A program made the position numbers and the translations under genes. From Planctomycetota bacterium (GTDB taxonomy: Bacteria; Planctomycetota; UBA11346): 51,669 nucleotides of DNA. Positions 28,911-37,998 of the stretch are shown here, piece after piece (within the stretch, counting starts at the first letter, position 1; every line of letters starts with the position of its first letter). Location: positions 1 through 51,669 of the forward strand of contig JBBQSO010000034.1 in assembly GCA_038213805.1 (NCBI GenBank), written 5' to 3'. The notes beneath the pieces are model-generated. The model ran no database searches, was not told the origin of the DNA, and saw only the letters and a list, made by a program, of their open reading frames with translations.

Positions 28911-29098
28911 GACCAGGCCCGACCGCCGCCACACACGGCGGGCGGGCCATGGGTTCTCTGGGAGCACTTGTTCGCGTTTTGCGTCTCGCCATCCGTTTTC
29001 CGCCGCTTGCCTTCGAGCCTCCTCCATTTCCTCTATTTCAGCTTCCTCGCTTCATCGCCCCCTCGCTCCCCTCACCCCCCTCACGGATCCCCCCGCAC

Positions 29099-30931
29099 AT
29101 GCCCGTCAGCCCTCCCGGTAGCCTCGACCTCGCCACCCTCGCCGCGCGCTATCGCGCTGGCGCGAGCCCGGTCGACGTCATCACCGAGATCTATGCGCGC
29201 ATCGCGGCCTATGCAGATCCGGCGGTGTGGATCCACCTGCGCCCGCTGGCGGTAGTGCTGGTAGAGGCGCACGCCCTGGCCAAGCGCGGGCCCACCGGGC
29301 TGCCGCTGTTCGGCGTGCCCTTCGCTATCAAGGACAACCTCGACCTCGCCGGAACGCCGACCACCGCTGGCTGCCCGGAATTCACAAACGAGCCTGCGGA
29401 GTCAGCCGCGGTGGTCGCGCGCCTGCTGGCAGCCGGCGCGCTCGCCATCGGCAAGACCAACCTCGACCAGTTCGCCACCGGCCTGGTTGGGACGCGCACT
29501 CCCTATGGGACGGCCCGCAACCCCTTCAACGCTCGCTACATACCCGGCGGATCGAGCTCGGGCTCGGGCGCTGCGGTCAGCGCCGGGCTGGTGAGCTTCG
29601 CACTCGGCACCGACACCGCCGGCTCGGGGCGCGTGCCGGCGGCCTTCACCAACATCGTCGGCCTGAAGCCGACCAAGGGCCTGCTCAGCACGCGCGGCCT
29701 GCTGCCGGCGGTGCGCAGCCTCGACTGCGTCTCGATCTTCGCGCTGACCTGCGCCGATGCCTGGGCAGTGCAGGAGGTGGCGGCCGGCTTCGACGCGCGC
29801 GACTCGTTCTCGCGACGCCCTCCGTCAGCTACGCCGGCGGCGCCGTCGCCGCTGCGCATCGGCGTTCCCGCTGCCGGTGAGCTGCGCTTCTTCGGCAACC
29901 ATCAGGCCGAGCAACGCTATCGTGCCGGATTGGAGCGCCTGGTCGGGCTCGGCGCGCACCTGGTTGAGATCGATTACCAGCCATTCCGGGAGACTGCCGG
30001 ACTGCTCTACGGCGGACCGTGGGTGGCGGAGCGCTACGCGGCGGTCGGCGACTTCCTCGACCAGCATCCCGCTGCGGGCCACCAGGTGACGCGGCGCATC
30101 ATCTCGGCGGCGAAGGAGATCCACGCGGTCGAGGTGTTTCGCGGCCTGTACCGCCTTGCCGACCTGCGCCGCGCCGCCGACGAGCAATGGGCGCGCATGG
30201 ACGTTCTCGCCCTGCCCACCACCGGCAGCATCTTTTCGCTCGCCGAGGTCGCCGCCGAGCCGCTCGCGCGCAATACCGACCTTGGCTATTATACCAACTT
30301 CGCCAACCTCCTCGACCTGTGCGCGATCGCGGTGCCGAACGGCTTCCAGGCCGATGGCCTGCCCACCGGCATGACCTTCTTCGCGGCTGCTTGGGCGGAC
30401 GCGCTGGTCGCCGGCCTCGCCGCGCGCTTCCACGCCGTGCCAGGCACGACCATGGGCGCCACCGGCGTGCCGCTGCCAGAAACAGCCGCAAGCGGTGCGC
30501 CGGTCGCCGCGGCGCCCGCGCGCATCCTCGTCGCCGTGGTCGGCGCGCACCTCCAGGGCCAGCCGCTGCACCATCAACTTGCCGGCAACCAGGCGCGTTT
30601 CGTGCGCGCGGCGCGCACCGCCGCGATGTACCGCCTGCACGTCCTGCCCGGGCCCCCACCGCCGCGCCCGGGTCTGGTGCGGGTCGCCAACGCCACCGGG
30701 GCGGCGATCGAGGTCGAGGTGTGGAGCCTGGACGCCGCCGGACTCGGTGCGCTGATCGCTGACGTCCCCGCACCCCTCGCCATCGGCAGCGTCGAGCTGG
30801 AGGACGGAGAAGTGGTGAAGGGCTTCCTGTGCGAATCCTGGGCCGCCGTCGGCGCCGAGGACATCACGCGCTACGGCGGCTGGCGCGCCTATCTGCAGGC
30901 GCGCGCTGCAGGCCCGGAAGCGCAGGCATGA
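29099..30931 (+). CDS. atzF: Allophanate hydrolase (amidase-signature domain plus C-terminal domain)
   Basis: FAIKDN.D, GKTNLDQFATGLVGTR, GGSSSGS, GTDTAGSGRVPA, YTNFANLLD, VVGAHL, GFLCE, GGWRAY. Confidence 0.95.
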   Translation: MPVSPPGSLDLATLAARYRAGASPVDVITEIYARIAAYADPAVWIHLRPLAVVLVEAHALAKRGPTGLPLFGVPFAIKDNLDLAGTPTTAGCPEFTNEPAESAAVVARLLAAGALAIGKTNLDQFATGLVGTRTPYGTARNPFNARYIPGGSSSGSGAAVSAGLVSFALGTDTAGSGRVPAAFTNIVGLKPTKGLLSTRGLLPAVRSLDCVSIFALTCADAWAVQEVAAGFDARDSFSRRPPSATPAAPSPLRIGVPAAGELRFFGNHQAEQRYRAGLERLVGLGAHLVEIDYQPFRETAGLLYGGPWVAERYAAVGDFLDQHPAAGHQVTRRIISAAKEIHAVEVFRGLYRLADLRRAADEQWARMDVLALPTTGSIFSLAEVAAEPLARNTDLGYYTNFANLLDLCAIAVPNGFQADGLPTGMTFFAAAWADALVAGLAARFHAVPGTTMGATGVPLPETAASGAPVAAAPARILVAVVGAHLQGQPLHHQLAGNQARFVRAARTAAMYRLHVLPGPPPPRPGLVRVANATGAAIEVEVWSLDAAGLGALIADVPAPLAIGSVELEDGEVVKGFLCESWAAVGAEDITRYGGWRAYLQARAAGPEAQA

Positions 30932-31025
30932 GCGCGACGCGCGCAACGTTGCACCGCACAGCATCGACGTCCACCGGCTTGCGCATTCGCTGGCCGTTGC
31001 TCGGATCTGGCCATAGCGCGCGCCG

Positions 31026-31395
31026 ATGGGGCGCATCCTGGCCCTAAGCGAGCCCGGCAACCAGATCATCACGGAACTGGCCCCGCTGGCCAGCGAACTG
31101 GTCATCGACAAGCCCGGCAAGGGTGCTTTCTACGCGACCCCGCTCGACGGGCTGCGCGCGCGGCATTACCTACCTGCTGTTCAGCGCCGTGACCACCGAG
31201 GTTTGCGTGCAGACCACCATGCTCGAAGCCAACGACCGCGGCTACGAATGCCTGCTGATCGAGGATGCGACCGACAGCTACTTTCCCGCTTTCAAGCAGG
31301 CCACGCTGGAGATGATCCGCGCCCAGGGCGGCATCGTCGGATGGACCGCCCCATCCGCCGCCGTCCTGGAAGCCCTGCGACATGCCGACTCCTGA
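31026..31395 (+). pseudogene. Truncated, frameshifted cysteine hydrolase (biuret hydrolase BiuH-like, isochorismatase family)
   Basis: PMGRIL...[13 protein letters not shown], frameshift near 31155, then GIT.L...[17 protein letters not shown]...QGGIVGW; N-terminal half absent. Confidence 0.8.
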
Positions 31396-31759
31396 ACCGA
31401 TCGTGAGCGCGACCGCCTCGCTGCTTTTTCCCGGCCTGCTCGCGCGCGCCCAGGCCGCCGACGAGGGTGCCTGGCAGCCGTTCCGCGCCGGCGTCGACAT
31501 CCTGCCGCTCTATTCCACTGCGGACGGCCACTCCGCTGCCCTGCTGCGCTACCAGCCTGGGGCAGCGGTCGCGCACCACCTGCATCTCGGCTTCGAACAC
31601 GTCCTGATCCTCTCCGGCGCGCAGATCGACCCGCGCGGCGAACACCGCGCGGGCACCCTGGTGGTCAATCCGCCGGGCAGCGACCACAAGGTGACCAGTC
31701 CCGGCGGCTGCGTGGTGCTGGCGATCTGGGAGCGGCCGGTGGAGTTCACCGGGAATTGA
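31382..31759 (+). CDS. ChrR-like cupin protein
   Basis: [39 protein letters not shown]. Confidence 0.85.
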   Translation: MPTPEPIVSATASLLFPGLLARAQAADEGAWQPFRAGVDILPLYSTADGHSAALLRYQPGAAVAHHLHLGFEHVLILSGAQIDPRGEHRAGTLVVNPPGSDHKVTSPGGCVVLAIWERPVEFTGN

Positions 31760-31765
31760 ATGCAG

Positions 31766-31807
31766 GCTGATGGCTGATGGCTGATGGCTGATGGCTGATG
31801 GCTGATG
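31766..31807. repeat. Solo heptamer array (GCTGATG)x6
   Basis: Read directly; 6 nt after the cupin stop. Confidence 0.95.
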
Positions 31808-31853
31808 GAGAGCGCGCGCTTGATCCCCCAGGGCGTTCGCCACAACTCCGTCC

Positions 31854-32198
31854 ATGACTGCTACCGAAGCCGCCATCGTCCGTCTGCGCTGGGTCGGTTT
31901 CGCCGAGGCGATCTCGAGCCTGATCCTGTTCTGCGTGGCGATGCCGCTGAAGTACGTCCTTGGCATGAAACTGGCCGTGACCATCGCCGGGGCGGTCCAT
32001 GGCGGGTTGTTCCTGCTGCTTCTGCTCGCGCTCGCCCTCGCCGCCCGCAGAGCACGCTGGTCGCTGCCGCGCCTCGGCCTACTGGGGTTCGCCGCGATTT
32101 TCCCCGCTGGTCCGTTCTTCTGCGAGAAATGGCTGCGCAACGAGCAGGAGGCGGCGCGGTCCCGTGCGCGCACGGATGTGGGTGGTGGAGTGGGCTGA
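31854..32198 (+). CDS. DUF3817-like small membrane protein
   Basis: EAIS.L.LF.VAMPLKY, G..HG.LF, A..P.GPF. Confidence 0.8.
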   Translation: MTATEAAIVRLRWVGFAEAISSLILFCVAMPLKYVLGMKLAVTIAGAVHGGLFLLLLLALALAARRARWSLPRLGLLGFAAIFPAGPFFCEKWLRNEQEAARSRARTDVGGGVG

Positions 32199-32379
32199 GC
32201 AGTTTTGTCCGGGCGAACAGCGGCACTCGTCGACGCTGCGCGCAGCGCGCAGCCTGATCAATCGAGACGGACAGCGCCAGCCGTCAGCCAGACGCGCATG
32301 CGTCCTTAATGGGACCGGGCGCCGCTGGCTCGCTCTCCATTGCCTGCGCACCAGCGGCGCGCGGTTCCAGGAACGGCCC

Positions 32380-32952
32380 TCATGTCGCGGGCGGGGCCTG
32401 AAGTGATGCGCTGAACTTCGCAATGGCCTCCGGATACAGCTCCCGCTCCGCCGCCTGGACGCGCGTCTGCAGGCTCTCTGCGGTATCCGCCGCCAGCACC
32501 GGCACGCGCCGCTGGCCGACGACTGGTCCGCTATCGTAGTCGCCGGTGACCAGATGCACGGTGCAGCCCGTCTCCGCCACACCGGCGGCCAGCACCGCGC
32601 GGTGCACATGGATCCCGTACATGCCCTTGCCGCCGAAGGCCGGTAACAGGCTGGGGTGGATGTTGAGCACGCGGCCGGCGAGCACCGCCGGCGGGTCGTA
32701 GAAGCGCATCCAGCCGCACATCGCGACAAGGTCGACGCGGTGCGCGAGCAACGCCGCGGTGACCTCTTCGGCGCGGCTCGCCACCACGCACGGCTGGCCG
32801 TAGCGCTGCGCCAGCGACACACCGCCGGCCTCCGCCCGCGAGCTGATCACCACCACGATCTCCACCGGCAGGGTCCCGGCCGCGGCGCGCTCCGCGAGGT
32901 TGGCGTAGGTAGAGCCGGAGCCCGAGAGCAGGATGGCGAGACGGACGGGCAT
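32380..32952 (-). CDS. purN: Phosphoribosylglycinamide formyltransferase
   Basis: LLSGSGS, LNIHPSLLPAFGGKGMYG..VH, GCTVH, YDSGP. Confidence 0.93.
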   Translation of the reverse strand: MPVRLAILLSGSGSTYANLAERAAAGTLPVEIVVVISSRAEAGGVSLAQRYGQPCVVASRAEEVTAALLAHRVDLVAMCGWMRFYDPPAVLAGRVLNIHPSLLPAFGGKGMYGIHVHRAVLAAGVAETGCTVHLVTGDYDSGPVVGQRRVPVLAADTAESLQTRVQAAERELYPEAIAKFSASLQAPPAT

Positions 32953-33003
32953 GGGGGCGCAATGTAGGAGAATCGCGGGGATGACCAGGGGGAGGCGGGA
33001 CTT

Positions 33004-33159
33004 CGGGGTGCGGAGTGCGGAGTGCGGGGTGCGGAGTGCGGAAGGAACTTCGTGGAATCTCCTGGGGATGCGCTGCGCATGAGCTCCAGGACATGGTGAT
33101 TGGCATGGAGCACCGGCTACATCCGTACGCCGCACTCCGCACTCCGCACTCCGCACTCC
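33004..33159. repeat. Inverted pair: (CGGRGTG)x5 at 33004-33042 and (CCGCACT)x4+ at 33122-33159, around a 79-nt spacer between divergent purN and argH
   Basis: Read directly; the spacer holds TCCTGG..ATGCGC-T-GCGCAT..CCAGGA. Confidence 0.95.
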
Positions 33160-33245
33160 AAGCAGCCGATGTCTCCCCGCCCTTGCGCACCGCGCCATCC
33201 CCTCCACCGTCACTGATCCCCGGCCGCGCCGGGCAAGGAGCGATC

Positions 33246-34640
33246 ATGGCAGCTGCGCACCCGGCCGACCCCCGGCCCACCGCGACCACCCGGCCGATCT
33301 GGGCCAAGGGCGGCGACGAGACCAACCGCCTGGTCCACGAATTCACCGTCGGCGACGACTATCTCTATGACCGCGAACTGGCGCCGTTCGACCTGCTCGG
33401 CTCGCTCGCGCATGCGCGCATGCTCGGCCACGTCGGGCTGCTCTCGGCGCAGGACACCACCGCCCTGGTGGGCGGCCTGCAGGCCCTGCACCGCGAGCAC
33501 CTCGCCGGCGCGTGGACGGTCGAAGTCGCCGACGAGGATGTGCACAGCAAGGTCGAGGCCCTGCTCGAGCAACGCGTCGGCGAGCCGGCCAGACGCCTGC
33601 ACACCGGGCGCAGCCGCAACGACCAGGTACTGACCGATGTGCGGTTGTGGCAGAAGCACACCCTGGCCCTGCTCGCCGACGAGACTGCGGCGACGGCGGC
33701 GGCGCTGCTTGAGCGCGCCCAGACCCACGAGTTCCACCCGCTGCCCGGCTACACCCACTTGCAGCGCGCCATGCCGTCGAGTGTCGGCATGTTCTTCGCC
33801 GCGCACGCCCAGGCGCTGCTCGACGACCTCATCCTGCTGGATGCGGCCTACCAGCTCGCCGATGCCTGTCCGCTCGGCTCTGGCGCGAGCTACGGCGTCG
33901 GCCTGCCGCTGGACCGCGCATACGCAGCGACGCTGCTCGGCTTCGCGCGCAGCGGCGGGGTGGCCATGGCCGATGCCAACGGCCGTGGCAAGGTCGAGAC
34001 CGCCTGCATCGACGCCGCCGGCGCGGTGGTCGGCGACCTCAGCCGGCTCGCCGCCGACCTGTTGTTCTTCACCACCGGCGAGGCCGGCTTCTTCACCATC
34101 GGCAAGGGTTTCACAACCGGTTCGAGCATCATGCCGCAGAAGAAGAACCTCGACCTGTTCGAGCTGCTGCGCGGCCGCGCCGCGCGCTTCCTCGGCCTGC
34201 GCACCGGCCTGGCCGCGATCACCCTTGGCCTGCCCTCCGGCTACAGCCGCGACCTGCAGGACACCAAGGCGCTGTGCCTGGACGGACTGCGCCTGGCGCG
34301 CCAGGGGCTGGCGGTCGCCGCCGCCGCGGTGCCGACCCTGGAGCCGGTGCGCGCGCGCATCGAGGCCGCCCTGACCCCCGACCTGTACGCCACCGACGAG
34401 GCGTACCGCCTGGTGCGCGAGCAGGGCATGGCCTTCCGCGACGCCTACCGCCAGGTCGGCCGCAACCTCGACCAGGTGCCGGTCCCCGACCACGAGCGCA
34501 CCGTGCGCGATCGCACCCACGCTGGCAGCACCGGCAATCTCGGCCTGCCCGCGCTCGCCGCGCGCGGCACGCGCGAGCGCGCACGCTGGACGGCGCGCGC
34601 GACGGAGCTGACGCGGATATGGGAGACCTTGCTGGGGTAG
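33246..34640 (+). CDS. argH: Argininosuccinate lyase
   Basis: EDVH, LHTGRSRNDQ, PGYTHLQ, TGSSIMPQKKN, GYSRDLQ; AAGGAG RBS. Confidence 0.95.
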   Translation: MAAAHPADPRPTATTRPIWAKGGDETNRLVHEFTVGDDYLYDRELAPFDLLGSLAHARMLGHVGLLSAQDTTALVGGLQALHREHLAGAWTVEVADEDVHSKVEALLEQRVGEPARRLHTGRSRNDQVLTDVRLWQKHTLALLADETAATAAALLERAQTHEFHPLPGYTHLQRAMPSSVGMFFAAHAQALLDDLILLDAAYQLADACPLGSGASYGVGLPLDRAYAATLLGFARSGGVAMADANGRGKVETACIDAAGAVVGDLSRLAADLLFFTTGEAGFFTIGKGFTTGSSIMPQKKNLDLFELLRGRAARFLGLRTGLAAITLGLPSGYSRDLQDTKALCLDGLRLARQGLAVAAAAVPTLEPVRARIEAALTPDLYATDEAYRLVREQGMAFRDAYRQVGRNLDQVPVPDHERTVRDRTHAGSTGNLGLPALAARGTRERARWTARATELTRIWETLLG

Positions 34641-34786
34641 AAGGGCCGCAGGTCCGGCCGTCTCATCGGATGGACGTCCACCGCCGCACGGTGACGCAGC
34701 GAGGCAAAACGCCTTCACGAGCTGCAGGACTGGACACCAAACCTCGGCCCAACACGACTTCCGGACTTCCGGACTTCCGGACTTCC
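34640..34786. repeat. Octamer element: degenerate left arm at 34640-34663 and (GGACTTCC)x4 right arm at 34755-34786
   Basis: Read directly; lies between convergent argH and methyltransferase stops. Confidence 0.85.
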
Positions 34787-34798
34787 TGACCCAAGCCG

Positions 34799-35365
34799 CT
34801 AGGCGACTCGCATAAACGGCATGACCACCGCCGGCGGCAGGTTCAGCCACACACCCGTGACGGGTTCCGCTTGGAAACCGGGCAGGGCGAAGCGGCGCCA
34901 GGCGCGGCGCGAATACGTGAATTGCACATAGCGGCGGCCACTGGGCAGAACCTCGCCGATCGAGCGCACGATCGCCTCGCCGAGCGGGCGCGGCAGGCTG
35001 AGCAAGGGTAGGCCGCTGATCACGCCGCCGATCTGGTCAGGGCGCAGGCCGACGCTGGCGAGGTGCTCGCGCAGCTTGGACGCGCAGCCCTCGACCACGT
35101 CGACGGTGGGCATGGCGCTGCGCAGGCGGCCGGCGAACGCCGTGTTGAATTCGACCGCGACCACGCGGTGGCCGGGGAAGCGCTGGACGAGTTCGCGGGT
35201 GAAGACGCCGGTGCCAGGACCGAGCTCGATGACCGCCTCGCCCGGGCGCAGCGCGCCGAGGGCGGTGATCATGGCGCGCGCCAGGCCGCGACTGCTCGGC
35301 GCGAGGGCGCCGGTCTCCCGGAAGTGGGTCGCGAACTGACCGATGAAATGCAGGGTGTCGCGCAT
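34799..35365 (-). CDS. Class I SAM-dependent lipid N-methyltransferase (PmtA/OlsG-like)
   Basis: TGALAPSS..LA..M, IELGPGTGVFT, ISGLPLL, VQFTY, NLPPA.V. Confidence 0.85.
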   Translation of the reverse strand: MRDTLHFIGQFATHFRETGALAPSSRGLARAMITALGALRPGEAVIELGPGTGVFTRELVQRFPGHRVVAVEFNTAFAGRLRSAMPTVDVVEGCASKLREHLASVGLRPDQIGGVISGLPLLSLPRPLGEAIVRSIGEVLPSGRRYVQFTYSRRAWRRFALPGFQAEPVTGVWLNLPPAVVMPFMRVA

Positions 35366-35522
35366 GGGCTGGGCTGCAGCAGTAACCATTCCGGCGCGGG
35401 CCATGTCAAGGCGACAGGCCGCCAACGGGAACGACTGGCCGGCACGCCCTGGGCCCGCGTACCGCCGACCCACCCACGGCAGGGGGCTGCGCTCGCCGCC
35501 TGGATCGCTAACCTCGACCACC

Positions 35523-37163
35523 ATGCCGGACCCGACCGTCCCCGAACTCCCCTTGCTCAGCGACGGCACCCTCCCGCCGGTCGCCCTGCTGCTGCGCTGG
35601 CTCGGCCAGGCGCGACCGGCCCCCGCGGCCCGACTGGATGCGCTGCCACCCGGCAACGGTTCGCTGCCCGACCTGCTGCGCCTGGGCGGCATCGCCCAGC
35701 TCGTGCACGGGGGTCTCGAGGCCTTCCGCTGGGAAGGCTGCGCCGGGGCGCGCGTGCTGGTCGACGGTGATGGGGACGAGGACGCGCCACTGCACCACGG
35801 CCACCTGCCGGCCGATGCGACGTGGGGGGACGAGGCCTCGGCCATCCACGGCTTAATCGACCTGGCCCGCCTCGAGGACGCCAGCGCGGCGCTCGCCGAC
35901 GGCAGCGCCGCGCCGCGCGCAGGTGCCGCATGGGACCACATCCTGGCCGCTGCCGGCATGGTCCGCACGCCGCCCATCCCGCCGCTCGCCGGCCATGGCC
36001 TGGCCGACGCGGGCCAACTCGGCGCCTGGAACCCCCTGCCCTTCGCGCGCCGCCAGGTGGTCTCGCTACCGATGCCGCCGGGCACCGCGCCGTGGGGGCT
36101 GCGCGACCAGCGTGGCGCGCGCCACCCCGTACAGGTGGTGGAAGGCCCGCGTGGACAGGAGCTGCTGGTCGAGCTCGCGCTCGGCGCGCTCGAATGCCGG
36201 CGCTTCGCGCCCGACGACGATCCGGTGGCCGGCGCGAACTGGGAGGTCTCGCGCACCGTGCTCGACAATGGCCGCGTGCGCGCCGAGCTTGATCCGCTCG
36301 GCCAGATCGTGCGGCTGTGCTGGGACGGGCGCTTTGCACGCTGGGCCGGCCCGGCGCCCCAGGCACTGGTCGACGGCCTGCCGCTGTCCGGCGGCAGCAG
36401 CATCACCGTGCTCGAGGATGGCCCGGTGCGCGCCCGCCTCGCGGTCAGCCGCAGCGGGCCGCAGGGCACCCTGCACCTGACCTATACCCTGCACGCGCAC
36501 GAGGACGTGCTACGCGTGGCGGTGTCGTGGGACGGGGCCGGCGAACTCGTCCTCGACCATCCGACCCCCTACCGTGACGGCGAACTGCGCGTCGCCGGCG
36601 AACTGGCGCCGTGGAGCATGGTTCAGGCGGCGCGCGCGGGTGACGAACCCGCGGTGGTCCAACCCGGCGTGCGCTGGGCGACCCTGGGCGAGGGTCACGG
36701 CGAGGCCTTCGATGGTCTGGCCCTGCTCGGGGCGCGGCCGCTGAGCGTCTCGGCCCAGGCGGGGCATCTGCGCCTGCATGTCGGCGGCGCCCTGGCCTAT
36801 GCGCTGGCGCCGGCGCGGCGCCTGCCGGGCAGCCTTGGTCTCGGGCAGCTCGCGCTCGCCATCGGCGTGCCCGGGCGCGTCTACAGCGGCGCCACTGATC
36901 TGCCCAGTGCGCTGCGCCTGGAACACCGCGGCGGGGTGACACCGTGGTGGGTTGGGCGCCCGGCGGACTGGCGCGGCGAGGTAGTGCTCGGCGACCAGTC
37001 CGGCGCGGCCGGCCGCTGCGTCCTGTTCGCCCCGGGCCTGACCGAGGCGTGGCGTGTGGACGCGGGCGGCAGCCCGCTGCAGCGCCTGCCCGCGACGCCC
37101 GAGGCCGACGGCGCCGAACTCGACCTCGCCGGGCACGAGCTGGCGATCGTGCGCTGGCGCTAG
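35523..37163 (+). CDS. Protein resembling the C-terminal regions of GH38 alpha-mannosidases, without a recognisable catalytic domain
   Basis: WNPLPFARRQVV, VLDNGRVRAELD..G.I, VLEDGPVRARL segments. Confidence 0.55.
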   Translation: MPDPTVPELPLLSDGTLPPVALLLRWLGQARPAPAARLDALPPGNGSLPDLLRLGGIAQLVHGGLEAFRWEGCAGARVLVDGDGDEDAPLHHGHLPADATWGDEASAIHGLIDLARLEDASAALADGSAAPRAGAAWDHILAAAGMVRTPPIPPLAGHGLADAGQLGAWNPLPFARRQVVSLPMPPGTAPWGLRDQRGARHPVQVVEGPRGQELLVELALGALECRRFAPDDDPVAGANWEVSRTVLDNGRVRAELDPLGQIVRLCWDGRFARWAGPAPQALVDGLPLSGGSSITVLEDGPVRARLAVSRSGPQGTLHLTYTLHAHEDVLRVAVSWDGAGELVLDHPTPYRDGELRVAGELAPWSMVQAARAGDEPAVVQPGVRWATLGEGHGEAFDGLALLGARPLSVSAQAGHLRLHVGGALAYALAPARRLPGSLGLGQLALAIGVPGRVYSGATDLPSALRLEHRGGVTPWWVGRPADWRGEVVLGDQSGAAGRCVLFAPGLTEAWRVDAGGSPLQRLPATPEADGAELDLAGHELAIVRWR

Positions 37164-37250
37164 CGCCAGTGGCCTTCACCAGATCCGCAGCGCCCCCCCC
37201 AGCATCACCAGCGCAGAACACCTCCGCCCACTCCCGACTTCGGACCAGCC

Positions 37251-37940
37251 ATGCCCACCCCCGCCGTGCTTCTCGACATCGAAGGCACCACCACCTCCAT
37301 TAGCTTCGTCACCGACGTGCTCTTCCCCTTCGCCGCCAATGCGATCCCGGAATTTCTCAAGGCACACGCCGACGATGAGGAGATCAACGACGCGCGCGTC
37401 CAGGTCCTGCAGGACGCCACGCCTGAGGAACGTCTCCTGACCGGTGACGCCGGCGTGATCGCCGTGGTGCGCCGGCAGATGGCCGGGGACGTCAAGGCCA
37501 CCGGACTCAAGCTGCTCCAGGGCCTGGTGTGGCGGCACGGCTACCAGACCGGGCGCATCACCGGCCACGTCTACGCGGATGTGCCGAAGGCGCTGGCCGC
37601 GTGGCATGCGGCCGGGCGCAGCGCCGCCATCTACAGCTCGGGCAGCCGCCTCGCGCAGCAGCTGCTCTTCCGCCACAGCGACGCCGGCGACCTCACGCCG
37701 CTGCTGTCCGGCTACTACGACACCACTTCGGGCCCCAAACGCGAGTCGGCCAGCTACGCCGCGATCGCGCGCGCCTGGGGCAAGGCGCCAGCGGACATCA
37801 CCTTTTGCAGCGACATCCCGGCCGAAGCCGACGCGGCGCACGCCGCCGGCATGCATGCGGTGGTGTTGATGCGGCCGGGCAATGCGCCGTTGCCCGCGAA
37901 CTTGGCGCATCCGGTGCATGCGGATCTGACGCGCATTTGA
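37251..37940 (+). CDS. mtnC: Acireductone synthase (enolase-phosphatase E1)
   Basis: LLDIEGTTTSISFV.DVLFP, K.TGLK.LQG, IYSSGS..AQ.LLF, DT..GPK.E..SY, F.SD. Confidence 0.93.
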   Translation: MPTPAVLLDIEGTTTSISFVTDVLFPFAANAIPEFLKAHADDEEINDARVQVLQDATPEERLLTGDAGVIAVVRRQMAGDVKATGLKLLQGLVWRHGYQTGRITGHVYADVPKALAAWHAAGRSAAIYSSGSRLAQQLLFRHSDAGDLTPLLSGYYDTTSGPKRESASYAAIARAWGKAPADITFCSDIPAEADAAHAAGMHAVVLMRPGNAPLPANLAHPVHADLTRI

Positions 37941-37946
37941 GCACGT

Positions 37947-37992
37947 GACGGCGGACACACGGGGACTCCTGGTCCGCCGTCCGCCGTCCGCC
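37947..37992. repeat. Small inverted element GACGGCGGAC ... (GTCCGCC)x3 between convergent stops
   Basis: Read directly; 6 nt from each stop. Confidence 0.8.
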
Positions 37993-37998
37993 AGCGCT

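Noticed and set aside
28805..29098. N-terminal extensions given by the ORF track (atzF, gdh, argH, purN, arnD, motA and others)
   Set aside because: Downstream starts match family N-termini, RBS positions or stop/start overlaps
153..37992. Repeat arrays as CRISPR
   Set aside because: Units are 7-8 bp in direct tandem with no repeat-spacer periodicity, and no cas genes are present
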